Assembly: GCA_031362565.1 (NCBI GenBank)
Contig: JANLSU010000119.1
Location: 9,970-73,969, forward strand
DNA: 64,000 bases
Reading direction: 5' to 3'
DNA from: a bacterium
GTDB taxonomy: Bacteria > Krumholzibacteriota > Krumholzibacteriia > G020349025
The notes under the pieces were generated by a model that saw only the letters and a list, made by a program, of their open reading frames with translations, had not been told where the DNA came from and did no database searches. Shown here piece by piece: positions 50,053 through 58,900 of the stretch. Position numbers and translations under genes: made by a program. The stretch's first letter is position 1. Every line of letters begins with the position of its first letter.

Positions 50053-52989
50053 ATCACGAAGCTTGGAGGGCGCTGGCTTTGCGCCGTGACCTTTGCGTTG
50101 GGCGTTGCGGTCGCGGTTCCCGCGACCGCGACTAAGCTCACCGCCGAAGTCGATCCCTTCATCGGCACCGGTGGCACCGGCCACACCTATCCCGGCGCCA
50201 CAACGCCGTTCGGAATGGTCCAGGTCAGTCCGGACACGCGGCTCGACGGCTGGGAGGGTTGTAGCGGCTATTGGTACCCCGAGAAATACATCTACGGTTT
50301 CTCGCACACCCACCTCTCCGGAACCGGCGTCGGCGATTACTGCGACATCCTCTTGATGCCCGGTGTGGGCGAGGTGCGGTTCGACAACGGGGCCGGCGGC
50401 AAGCCCGGATACCGGAGTGCGTTCCACCATGAGGAAGAATGGGCCACTCCTGGATACTATGCGGTGCACCTGCTCGACTCGGATGTGCGCGTGGAGCTGA
50501 CGGCCACGCCGCGGACCGGACTACATCTATATACATTCCCAGGCGATGGGGCCGGCCACGTCCTCCTCGACCTCGTGCACCGCGACGAGGTTCTGGATAG
50601 CAGTGTGCGGATCGTGAGTGATCGCGAGGTGCGGGGCTTCCGCCGCTCGCGCGGCTGGGCCCAGGACCAACGGGTGTATTTCGCCCTGCGCTTCTCCCGG
50701 CCGCTCGTCTCGCATGTCATCCAACAGGACGGCGTGCGCTCCGCCGATATCACGGCAGCGGCGGGCAAGGCGATTCGCGCCGCGTTCGAGTTTGGCCGCG
50801 GTGCGCCGCTCCGTGTCCAGGTCGCACTCTCGGCCGTCGATGAGGCGGGCGCGGTGCGCAACCTGCAGGCAGAAGAGGCGGGCGCCGGTTTCGAAGCCGC
50901 GCGCCGCCGCGCCGAACAATCTTGGGAGAAGGAACTCGGGCGCATCCGCATCGACGGCGGCACGCCCACCCAGCGCCGGGTGTTCTATACGGCTCTCTAT
51001 CACGCCTTCTTGCAGCCGAATCTCTACAGCGATGTCGACGGGCGCTATCGTGGCCGCGATCTGCAGATTCATCACGCCGATGCCGGTAATCAGTACACGG
51101 TGTTTTCACTCTGGGACACGTTTCGTGCCGCGCACCCGCTGTACACGTTGCTTCTCTGGGATCGCACCCGCGACTTCGCCCGCACCTTCCTGCGCCAATA
51201 TCAGGAGGGCGGTTTGCTGCCGGTTTGGGAACTGGCTGCCAACGAGACGAACTGCATGATCGGCTATCACGCCGTGCCCGTCCTCGCCGAGGCGATCTTG
51301 AAAGGCATCCCGGGCATCGATGCGGAGAAGGCGTTCGAGGCGATGTGCACGAGTGCCGCCCAAGACCGGCGCGGCCTCGACGCCTACCGGCGCCACGGCT
51401 TCATCCCCGCCGACGAAGAAGGCGAGTCGGTGAGCCAGACGCTCGAGTACGCCTACGACGACGCCTGTATTGCGCGCGTCGCTGCCAAGCTGGGCAAAGA
51501 CGCCGGCGAACGCGAGTTCCTGCGCCGGGCGCGCGCCTACCGGCATCTCTACGATCCGGCAACCGGGTTCATGCGCGCCCGTCTGCACGGCCATTGGTTC
51601 GACCCCTTCGACCCGGCGGAGGTCAACTTCCACTACACCGAGGCCAACGCCTGGCAATACACCTTTTGCGTGCCGCAGGATGTCGGTGGACTCATCCGCT
51701 TGCACGGCGGTGAACGGCGCTTCGCGGCGCAGCTCGACTCGCTCTTTGCGACGCAGTCGCAGCTCCACGGCACCCAGCAGGCCGACATCACGGGCCTGAT
51801 CGGCCTATATGCCCAAGGCAACGAACCCAGCCATCACATGGCGTACTTGTATGCGTACGCCGGGCAACCGTGGAAGACGCAGGCGCTCGTCCGGCGCATC
51901 GCCGACGATATGTATCGCGACGGACCGGAAGGCTTGCCCGGCAACGAGGACTGCGGACAAATGTCAGCTTGGTATGTTTGGTCGGCACTCGGCCTGTATC
52001 CGGTCGACCCGGCGTCCGGCGATTACATTCTCGGCAGCCCACGCTTCCCACGTGCGACGCTGCAACTCGGCAACGGGCGGCGGTTGGTCATTCGCGCTAC
52101 GCCGAACGTCGCCACGGATCCCTACGTGCAGGCGGTACGGTTCGACAACGAACGGCTCGATCGTGTCTCGGTGACCTGGGATGAACTCATCGCCGGCGGC
52201 GAACTCGCATTCACGATGGGGCCAGGGCCGGCCGCTGCGCCCACTTCCCGGCCGCCGGAGCGCTTGCCGCCGTCCGATGTGTTGCCGGCGCCGTTCGTGG
52301 CGCAAGGCGCGCGCCTCTTCACCGGCAGCACCACCGTGACGCTGGGCTGTGCGGATGCGGCCGCGGCCATCCACTACACGATAGATGGCTCGGTGCCGAT
52401 CCTCGCTTCACCGGTTTTCGAAACCGCGGTGCAAGTCGATCGAACCACGACCATCCGCGCCGTTGCGGTGCATGATGCCGCCCGCAGTCCGGTGATCGAC
52501 TTGTCATTCTTCCGCAAGATCCCCGGCCGGCATGTCGAGCTGCACGCGCACTACACGCCACGCTACGGTGCGGGCGGCGACGACGCACTGATCGACGGCC
52601 TGCGCGGCAAAGCCAACTTCCGCCTCGGCGCCTGGCAGGGGTTCCAAGGCCAAGACCTCGAAGCCCGCGTCGACCTGGGCGCCGCGCCAGAACTCCAACG
52701 CCTGACGCTCGGCTGCCTTCAAGACACCCGTTCGTGGATTCTGCTGCCGCTGGCGGTCGATTTTGCGGTTTCCACCGACGGAGTGCACTACGAGTCCGTT
52801 GGCACCGCGACACACGATGTCCCCGACCGCAACCTGGACGTCCTGGTGCGCGATCTCCAGGTGAGCTTTCCGCCGCGGCGGGCGCGATTCGTCCGCATCC
52901 GGGTGCATTCTTACGGCCCGCTTCCCGCCTGGCATCCGGGCGCCGGCAGCCCGTCGTTCATTTTTGTGGATGAGCTCGTCGCCGAGTAG
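50053..52989 (+). CDS. GH92-family alpha-mannosidase with C-terminal accessory domains (chitobiase/FN3-like plus discoidin-like)
   Basis: VDPFIGTGGTGHTYPGATTPFGMVQVSPDT, TANETNCMIGYHAVPVL, GNEPSHHMAYLY and PGNEDCGQMSAWYV are GH92 hallmarks. The start is problematic: the only SD-supported in-frame codon is ATC at 50053. GTG at 50086 is the first canonical start, but it truncates the signal peptide. Confidence 0.9.
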   Translation: MTKLGGRWLCAVTFALGVAVAVPATATKLTAEVDPFIGTGGTGHTYPGATTPFGMVQVSPDTRLDGWEGCSGYWYPEKYIYGFSHTHLSGTGVGDYCDILLMPGVGEVRFDNGAGGKPGYRSAFHHEEEWATPGYYAVHLLDSDVRVELTATPRTGLHLYTFPGDGAGHVLLDLVHRDEVLDSSVRIVSDREVRGFRRSRGWAQDQRVYFALRFSRPLVSHVIQQDGVRSADITAAAGKAIRAAFEFGRGAPLRVQVALSAVDEAGAVRNLQAEEAGAGFEAARRRAEQSWEKELGRIRIDGGTPTQRRVFYTALYHAFLQPNLYSDVDGRYRGRDLQIHHADAGNQYTVFSLWDTFRAAHPLYTLLLWDRTRDFARTFLRQYQEGGLLPVWELAANETNCMIGYHAVPVLAEAILKGIPGIDAEKAFEAMCTSAAQDRRGLDAYRRHGFIPADEEGESVSQTLEYAYDDACIARVAAKLGKDAGEREFLRRARAYRHLYDPATGFMRARLHGHWFDPFDPAEVNFHYTEANAWQYTFCVPQDVGGLIRLHGGERRFAAQLDSLFATQSQLHGTQQADITGLIGLYAQGNEPSHHMAYLYAYAGQPWKTQALVRRIADDMYRDGPEGLPGNEDCGQMSAWYVWSALGLYPVDPASGDYILGSPRFPRATLQLGNGRRLVIRATPNVATDPYVQAVRFDNERLDRVSVTWDELIAGGELAFTMGPGPAAAPTSRPPERLPPSDVLPAPFVAQGARLFTGSTTVTLGCADAAAAIHYTIDGSVPILASPVFETAVQVDRTTTIRAVAVHDAARSPVIDLSFFRKIPGRHVELHAHYTPRYGAGGDDALIDGLRGKANFRLGAWQGFQGQDLEARVDLGAAPELQRLTLGCLQDTRSWILLPLAVDFAVSTDGVHYESVGTATHDVPDRNLDVLVRDLQVSFPPRRARFVRIRVHSYGPLPAWHPGAGSPSFIFVDELVAE

Positions 52990-53055
52990 GCAGGGTGGCC
53001 GCGGGCATCTTTCTCGAACGCCGGTGTATCATTATTGGCATCGGGGAGGCGCGCC

Positions 53056-53286
53056 GTGCAAGTACTGATCGGGATTCTGGTCCTTGCCGCCATCGCCGCC
53101 GTCGTTCTGCGGGGGAAGGGTTCCCGCTTCAAGCGCGGCCGGCGTATCAAATGCGACGGTTGCCGCCACCTGCGCCGCAAGTTCGACGATGGCGTGATGT
53201 GCGGCTACGGTTCACGCGAAGTCTTCAAGACCTCGGCGCACATTCGCATGTGCGGCGATTGGCAAGCGGCCGAGCGCCGGCGTTAG
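53056..53286 (+). CDS. 76-aa membrane-anchored Cys-rich hypothetical protein
   Basis: GGGAGG 6 nt upstream of the GTG. TM VQVLIGILVLAAIAAVVL, then KCDGCRHL...VMCGYG...RMCGDW (possible zinc ribbon). Short, so weakly supported. Confidence 0.4.
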   Translation: MQVLIGILVLAAIAAVVLRGKGSRFKRGRRIKCDGCRHLRRKFDDGVMCGYGSREVFKTSAHIRMCGDWQAAERRR

Positions 53287-53288
53287 CC

Positions 53289-53307
53289 GCGGCGCCCGGG
53301 CCGCCGC
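53289..53307. terminator. Short GC hairpin between convergent genes
   Basis: GCGGCG-CCCGGGC-CGCCGC lies between stops at 53286 (+) and 53312 (-). No U-tract. Confidence 0.3.
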
Positions 53308-53311
53308 ACGA

Positions 53312-53836
53312 TTAGAACGACCAGTTGACGATCGGCAGCACCGGCAGGCTCTTCTTGTCCTGAATCACATTCACGAGGCCGATCTGCAGGCCGTTCATTT
53401 TCTGGGTGATGTTGAGCAGCCCCAACTGAAACCCACGCATCGACTTCGTGTTGTTGATGACGCCCCACTGGAAGCCGTGCGCCGCGTCGGAGCCGTTATA
53501 CAGCCCGGTCGCCAAGCCTTCGAACGTCTTCGAGATGTTGATGTAGCTGCCCTGCCAACCGGTGAATTTGCCGTCGACCAGGCCAATAATTGTCCACTGC
53601 ACGCCAGTGAAATCTCCCGTCGTGCGGCTGGCGATCCCGTAGTCGAGACCCACCATGTCGTGATTGACACCATAGATCACGTCGAGTCGCAGTCCATGAA
53701 CATCGGTTGCGGGCTTGAAAATTTGCACCGGGCTGAACAATGCGATCTGAATCGGTTTGGCATCGCCCGCTTGCACGGTGGTCGCAGCCACACTCAGCGC
53801 GAGGGTCAACACGGTTGCGATGGCTGTACAGCGCAT
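53312..53836 (-). CDS. Outer-membrane/surface repeat protein with G-[FLV]-Q-x-G-x-x-N repeats
   Basis: Start reset to ATG at 53836 (GGAG upstream; signal MRCTAIATVLTLALSVAATTVQA). Repeats GVQWTIIG, GFQWGVIN, GFQLGLLN and GLQIGLVN. The C-terminal W-S-F is typical of beta-barrel OMPs. Confidence 0.65.
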   Translation of the reverse strand: MRCTAIATVLTLALSVAATTVQAGDAKPIQIALFSPVQIFKPATDVHGLRLDVIYGVNHDMVGLDYGIASRTTGDFTGVQWTIIGLVDGKFTGWQGSYINISKTFEGLATGLYNGSDAAHGFQWGVINNTKSMRGFQLGLLNITQKMNGLQIGLVNVIQDKKSLPVLPIVNWSF

Positions 53837-53937
53837 TCTCGTCTCCAGGGTGGGGTCGTAGGGTTCAGGTTGTCTCGTCCGCAGTGGCGAGACGGCGTAG
53901 TTTCGTCGATTGCGGCGCACGCGTCAAGCAAGGCGTC

Positions 53938-54447
53938 TTACATGTTGCCCTCATCCGCCGACGGGCCATAGAGGGACGGCACCGCAACATCGTTCAAGCG
54001 CAGATAGACACCGAGCTGCGCCCGATGGTGGATCCCATGGTTGAGAACCGGGCTGCGCATGACGGCGATTTTCGGCATCGTAAAGAGCGCCTTGCCGGCG
54101 GCCTTCAACGTCCAGGGACGCACGAACACCTCGTCGGACGCCGCCAGAATTGCCGCCCGCATTTTGACGAGATTCGCATCGAACGCCGCAACCAGCTCGG
54201 CTGCCGTCTTGTATTGCGATGGCGTGTAGCTCGGTCCGTCGACGGGCGCGATGTCGAGCTCGTCGACTTCCATCGTCACCGCGCCCCAGTTGGGAATGTC
54301 CGCCAGGTGGTTCGCAAGACGGCCGAGCGCCATCGACTTTGCGTGCGGTTTCCAGTCGAACTTGCCTTCGGGCACCCGCTCGAGCACCTTGCGGGTGCCG
54401 CTCATCTCCTGGTCCACTTCCGGCAGGATAGCTTGGCTCAAGGCCAC
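53938..54447 (-). CDS. DinB-family (DinB_2-like) four-helix metalloprotein
   Basis: VLERVPEGKFDWKPHAKSMALGRLANHLADIP and VLNHGIHHRAQLGVYLRL are characteristic. Confidence 0.85.
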   Translation of the reverse strand: MALSQAILPEVDQEMSGTRKVLERVPEGKFDWKPHAKSMALGRLANHLADIPNWGAVTMEVDELDIAPVDGPSYTPSQYKTAAELVAAFDANLVKMRAAILAASDEVFVRPWTLKAAGKALFTMPKIAVMRSPVLNHGIHHRAQLGVYLRLNDVAVPSLYGPSADEGNM

Positions 54448-54592
54448 GGGATTCCTCCTTCAAGAGACGACGATTGCCGGCGAGGGCTTGGGCGGTATTC
54501 TAGCCCGAAGCCCGCCCCGCTTGGCATGCCGGTTTGCGCCGCCGGATTCCGTGACGCGCCGCGCTTGCAATGCAGGATGGGGTCCGCGCATC

Positions 54593-55165
54593 ATGGGCGG
54601 CGCGCTGGACGCCACGGATCCAGCAAACGTGCATGCCACCCTGGTTGCGTTGGGAGAACTCGTGTCGCGTGCAAAGTCATCGGCCTCAGGATCGTCGCGG
54701 CGCAAGCCGGCCAAGTCCAAGCCGCGTTCGGCCACCCCACGCGCCAAGGCGTCCCGCGCCCCGGCACGGCCAGCGCCTGCCGGACGGAAGCGGGCGCGGC
54801 GCAAGGCGAAGGACCCGCACGAACGCGCCGCACATCTTGTCGGCTCAGCGCGCGACGCCGGACAGCATGCCCGACCGCACGAATCGCCACGGCGCGACGA
54901 CTGCGGCCGCGACTGGACCCGCGGCGAAGTCGAACGCGAGGTGCGCGACATCGTCGGCACGCTGGCACAACTTCCCGCCGGCACCGTGACGCTCGCAACG
55001 CGCTTCTCCGAAGATCTCGATTGGGACAGTTGGTTCGTGCTGGCCGTCGTCAAACCGATCGCCCGCCGGCTGCACGAAGAGCTTACCGACTTCGTCATCC
55101 TGCAACTCGAGACGGTCGGTGATCTGGTCAACTACGTTTGGGCGCGCATGGAGATCGCGGCATGA
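54593..55165 (+). CDS. Hypothetical protein: basic low-complexity N-terminus plus acyl-carrier-protein-like C-terminal domain
   Basis: The C-terminal 80 aa (VEREVRDIVGTLAQLPAGTVTLATRFSEDLDWDSWFVLAVVKPIARRLHEELTDFVILQLETVGDLVNYV) have the ACP layout with a D-S motif (DWDSW) where ACPs have DSL. The start is uncertain. Confidence 0.45.
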   Translation: MGGALDATDPANVHATLVALGELVSRAKSSASGSSRRKPAKSKPRSATPRAKASRAPARPAPAGRKRARRKAKDPHERAAHLVGSARDAGQHARPHESPRRDDCGRDWTRGEVEREVRDIVGTLAQLPAGTVTLATRFSEDLDWDSWFVLAVVKPIARRLHEELTDFVILQLETVGDLVNYVWARMEIAA

Positions 55166-55956
55166 AACTGCGGTTGATGTTGGGCGTGTGGTGCGCGGGC
55201 AGCGTGACCTCCAGCGCCGCGGCGGACGAAATCCCCGGCTGGGCGTGGCGCGTCGGACATTCGTACTCGTCGATTTCGGCGCTACGGCAACCGGCGACGT
55301 TCGTCGTCAGCTCCGATCTCGGCCGCCCGACTCTGACCGTGCTCGATGTCGGCGGACTCGTGTCGGGGCCGGTCGGCATCCACAGCGGCATCGACCTCGG
55401 CGCGCGGTATGCGGGCGGCTCGGCGCGCGGCCGGAGCCGGCGCGCGTTCGATGCGACACTGCGCGGTTGGCATCGCTCGGAGCGGCTCATCGTCGCGACC
55501 AACACCGGCTTCGAAGCCGACGGCGGTTTCGACGTCCGGAAGGGCACGATGGGTGCCGAAGCGACGATCACCCACGGGCCACGCGGCTTGGGCCAGCCAT
55601 GGAGTCCCACGGTGCGCCTGCGCTGGCGGCCTTGGATCGGCGTGGCGCGCGGCACGGTTTTCGCGGGCGACGAAACCAGCACCGACGGCGAAGAGGGTGC
55701 TTTCTGGCGCGGGCACGCGCGGCTCGAATTGCACTATGCAGCCGGGGGTGGTGCGAGCCCGAGCGCCGAGCTGGATGTCGAAGCCACCGGCTGGTTGATC
55801 TTTGACGATTCGCGCCCCGAGGGGTTCATCAAGACAGCGCTTGCAGTGCCACTGGCGCGGGGTTTGTCGATCACCGCCAGTGCCGATGCCGGTCGCGAAC
55901 CACCGCGCTTCGAACTCGCCCGCCGCCTTGGCATCGGGATCGGCTACCGGCATTGA
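55162..55956 (+). CDS. Exported hypothetical protein, beta-barrel-like
   Basis: ATGA overlap with the upstream gene. Signal MKLRLMLGVWCAGSVTSSAAA. Alternating strand pattern. The C-terminal GIGIGYRH resembles OMP termini. Confidence 0.5.
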   Translation: MKLRLMLGVWCAGSVTSSAAADEIPGWAWRVGHSYSSISALRQPATFVVSSDLGRPTLTVLDVGGLVSGPVGIHSGIDLGARYAGGSARGRSRRAFDATLRGWHRSERLIVATNTGFEADGGFDVRKGTMGAEATITHGPRGLGQPWSPTVRLRWRPWIGVARGTVFAGDETSTDGEEGAFWRGHARLELHYAAGGGASPSAELDVEATGWLIFDDSRPEGFIKTALAVPLARGLSITASADAGREPPRFELARRLGIGIGYRH

Positions 55957-55986
55957 GAACTGAACGGCGTGCGTGTTCCTGTCCGC

Positions 55987-58900
55987 CTACGCCAACGGCC
56001 GGCTTCGGCCTCGCGCCAGCGATTCGACCGCCAGGAGGAGTTCCGCCGGTTCGACCGGCTTTGCCAGGTGCAGATCGAAACCGGCGCGCAGAGCGCGGGT
56101 GCGATCGCCCGGCGACGCAAATGCCGTGAGCGCAATGATCGGAATCAGGCCGCCGCGCCCCGGCGGCAGAGCGCGAATCGAACGGACCAGGTCGTAACCG
56201 TCGCGCTCGGGCATGCCGATATCGCTGACCAGCACCTCGGGGCGTTGCTGCTGCATGATTTCCATCGCCTCGTCCGCGGACCCGGCGGTGATCACTTCCG
56301 CCCCCGCGCCTTCCAAGACGCGCCGCAGCGGTTCACGTGCGTCCATGTCGTTGTCCACGACCAGCACCACGACACCGCCCAGCGACACCATCGTTGCATC
56401 TGCCACTTGCTCCGACAGCGTTTTTGGCGCGCCGATCGCTCGCAACGGAAGCGTCACGGTAAAGGTCGCACCCTGTCCCTTGCCGGCGCTTTGAGCGGCC
56501 AACCTCCCGCCGTGCAGTTCCACGAGCTGCTTTGCGATCGCCAGGCCGAGACCTAAGCCGCCGTGCCCGCGGCTCGTCAACGGGTCGGCCTGGCGGAATC
56601 TCTCGAAGAGATACGGCAAGGCTTCGGGGTTGATGCCGGCGCCGGTGTCACTCACGGTCACCTCCACCCGCGTGTCGATGCAGCGCAACGCGAGGCGAAT
56701 CTCGCCCTGGCGCGGTGTGAACTTGATGGCGTTGGCGAGCAGATTTCCGAAGACCTGCTGCAAGCGGTTCCCGTCTCCGGAGACCACGGCGGCGGTCGCC
56801 GGTTCGATGTCGCGAATAATACCGATTCCCTTCGCAGTTGCATCCGGCAACACACCCTCGATCGTCGCGTTGATGACGGCACCCAGATCGAGTTCAACGA
56901 CGTCGAGCTGGATCTTGCCCGAGGTCAGCCGGTTCACATCCAAAAGGTCGCCGATGAGATCGGATTGCATTCGGCCGTTGCGGTCGATCACTGCGAGACC
57001 CTGGCGGAGGTCCTCGGCGCTCACGTCCGGACGCTGGAGGAGCTGAGTCCAGCCGCGGATGGCGTTGAGCGGCGTACGGAGCTCGTGGGAGAGAACCGCG
57101 AGAAAATCGGTCCTGCCCCTGTCGATTGCCGCCAGCTCCTCGACGCGCTTGGACAATTCTTCCTGCAGCCGCTTCTGATTGTCGATGTCGACGCAGGTGC
57201 CAAACCAGCGCAAGATCTCGCCTGCCTCGTTCTTGATCGGCAACGCCCGGCCCATGAACCAGCGATAGCCACCACGGACGCGGTCCTTGAAGCGATATTC
57301 GATGTGGTAGGGCTCGCCCGTTCGCACACATCCGAAGTAGCTGTCGAGACGGCGCTGCACGTCGTCCGGGTGGAGAATCGCCTCCCAGACTTCCTGCTCG
57401 TAGCTCTCCGCAAAGCCCGTGTATTCGTACCAGCGCTGATTGAAGTAGTCGATGCGGCCATCGGGCCGGGCCGCCCAGACAATCTGCGGCATGGCATCGG
57501 CAAGTTCCCGGAATCGGACCTCGCTCTGGTGGAGCGCTTCCTCGGCCCGCTTGTGCTCCGTGATATCGATGATCGAAACGAGCCAGACGCGTTTTCCGGC
57601 CAGGGTGATTTCGCTGCCGCGGACCTCGACATCGATGACCTCGCCGCTTTTCTTGCGATGCTGGCAGAGTTCCAGTTCGGGTGGGCAGTGCGACGGCCCC
57701 GTCAGCGCCGCCCGGAGCGCGGCGCCGGTCTCGGGTGTGTACACGTCCAAGATGTTCATGCGCAGGAACGCTTCGTGGCTGTAGCCGTAGTGCTCGACCG
57801 CCGCCTCGTTGGCATCGACAAACCGCAGCGTCTCCAACTCGAACGCCCACTTTGGCAGTGGGCTGCGGTCGAAAAGCAGCTTGAATTTTTCGGCGCTTTC
57901 CCGCACTGCGACCTGAAACTGCAATTTTTCGGTCACGTCTTCGATCCCCAGGAGAATGCGCGCTGGCTGGCCGCTGGGGTCGCTGAGGCGTCGCGCGTTG
58001 AGCAGCATGGTGCGCCGGCCCAGGCCGACAAAATCGTGCGTGACCTCGACGTTGTTGAAAACGCTTTCCATCGGCAAGATGTTCTCGAGCAGTTCCCGCA
58101 GTTTCGGAATGTCCCACTGGCGATTGCCTATTTCATAGATCAGCTTGCCCTCTGCCTCCGCCGGCGAGACCTTGAAGGTCTTGTAAAACGCTTCATTGGC
58201 CGTATGGACGCGGAGGTCGACGCTGAGAATCAACAGCGGGTCGCGGGCCGTGCGCACGATGGCTTCGGCGTAATCGCGGGCGGCGGCGACGGCTTGTCCG
58301 CTGCGTTTGAGGTCCGTGATGTCCACCAGCACCAACACCGCGCCATCGACCTTGTTATCGAGGGTGAAATAGGGGCGTACTCGCAGGGAGAACCAGCGTC
58401 CATCGCCATCGCTTACTTCGTGCTCATCCTCGCGCACGGTATCGATGACGCCGGCGGCCAAGGCCCCGAGCGTGGCGGCGGTCTTCTGGCGGCGTGCCTC
58501 GAACACAAGATTGTGCCGGACGCTGCCGATGGGGCGGCCGACGTCGACGGCGAGGAGGTTGAAGAGTTTCGCTGCTTCCGTACTGAAGCGCCGAATCGTC
58601 AGGTCGCGCCCGAGGAGCACGATGGCCAGACGGGTGGAAGTCTGCAAGTTGACGAGATCGCTGTTGAGGAGGCTTAACTCGGTGTTCCGGCCCGCCATTT
58701 CCTCGTTGACGGTGGTCAACTCTTCGTTTGCCGACTCGAGTTCTTCCTTCGAGGTCTCCAACTCTTCGTTGGTGCTCTGCAACTCTTCGTTGGCGGACTG
58801 GACCTCTTCGTTGGAGGCTTGAAGCTCCTCGTTGACCGCTTCGTGTTGTTCCTGAATCGCTTGAACGAAGTCGCGCATCTCCGCGAGATCCGCTTCCAAA

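Noticed and set aside
46208-52989. xylFGH transporter divergently paired with a GH92 mannosidase rather than xylAB, considered as a novel sugar-utilisation locus.
   Set aside because: XylF-type binding proteins are used for several pentoses and hexoses, and divergent placement alone is weak evidence of a functional link. It is ordinary carbohydrate-uptake context without further data.
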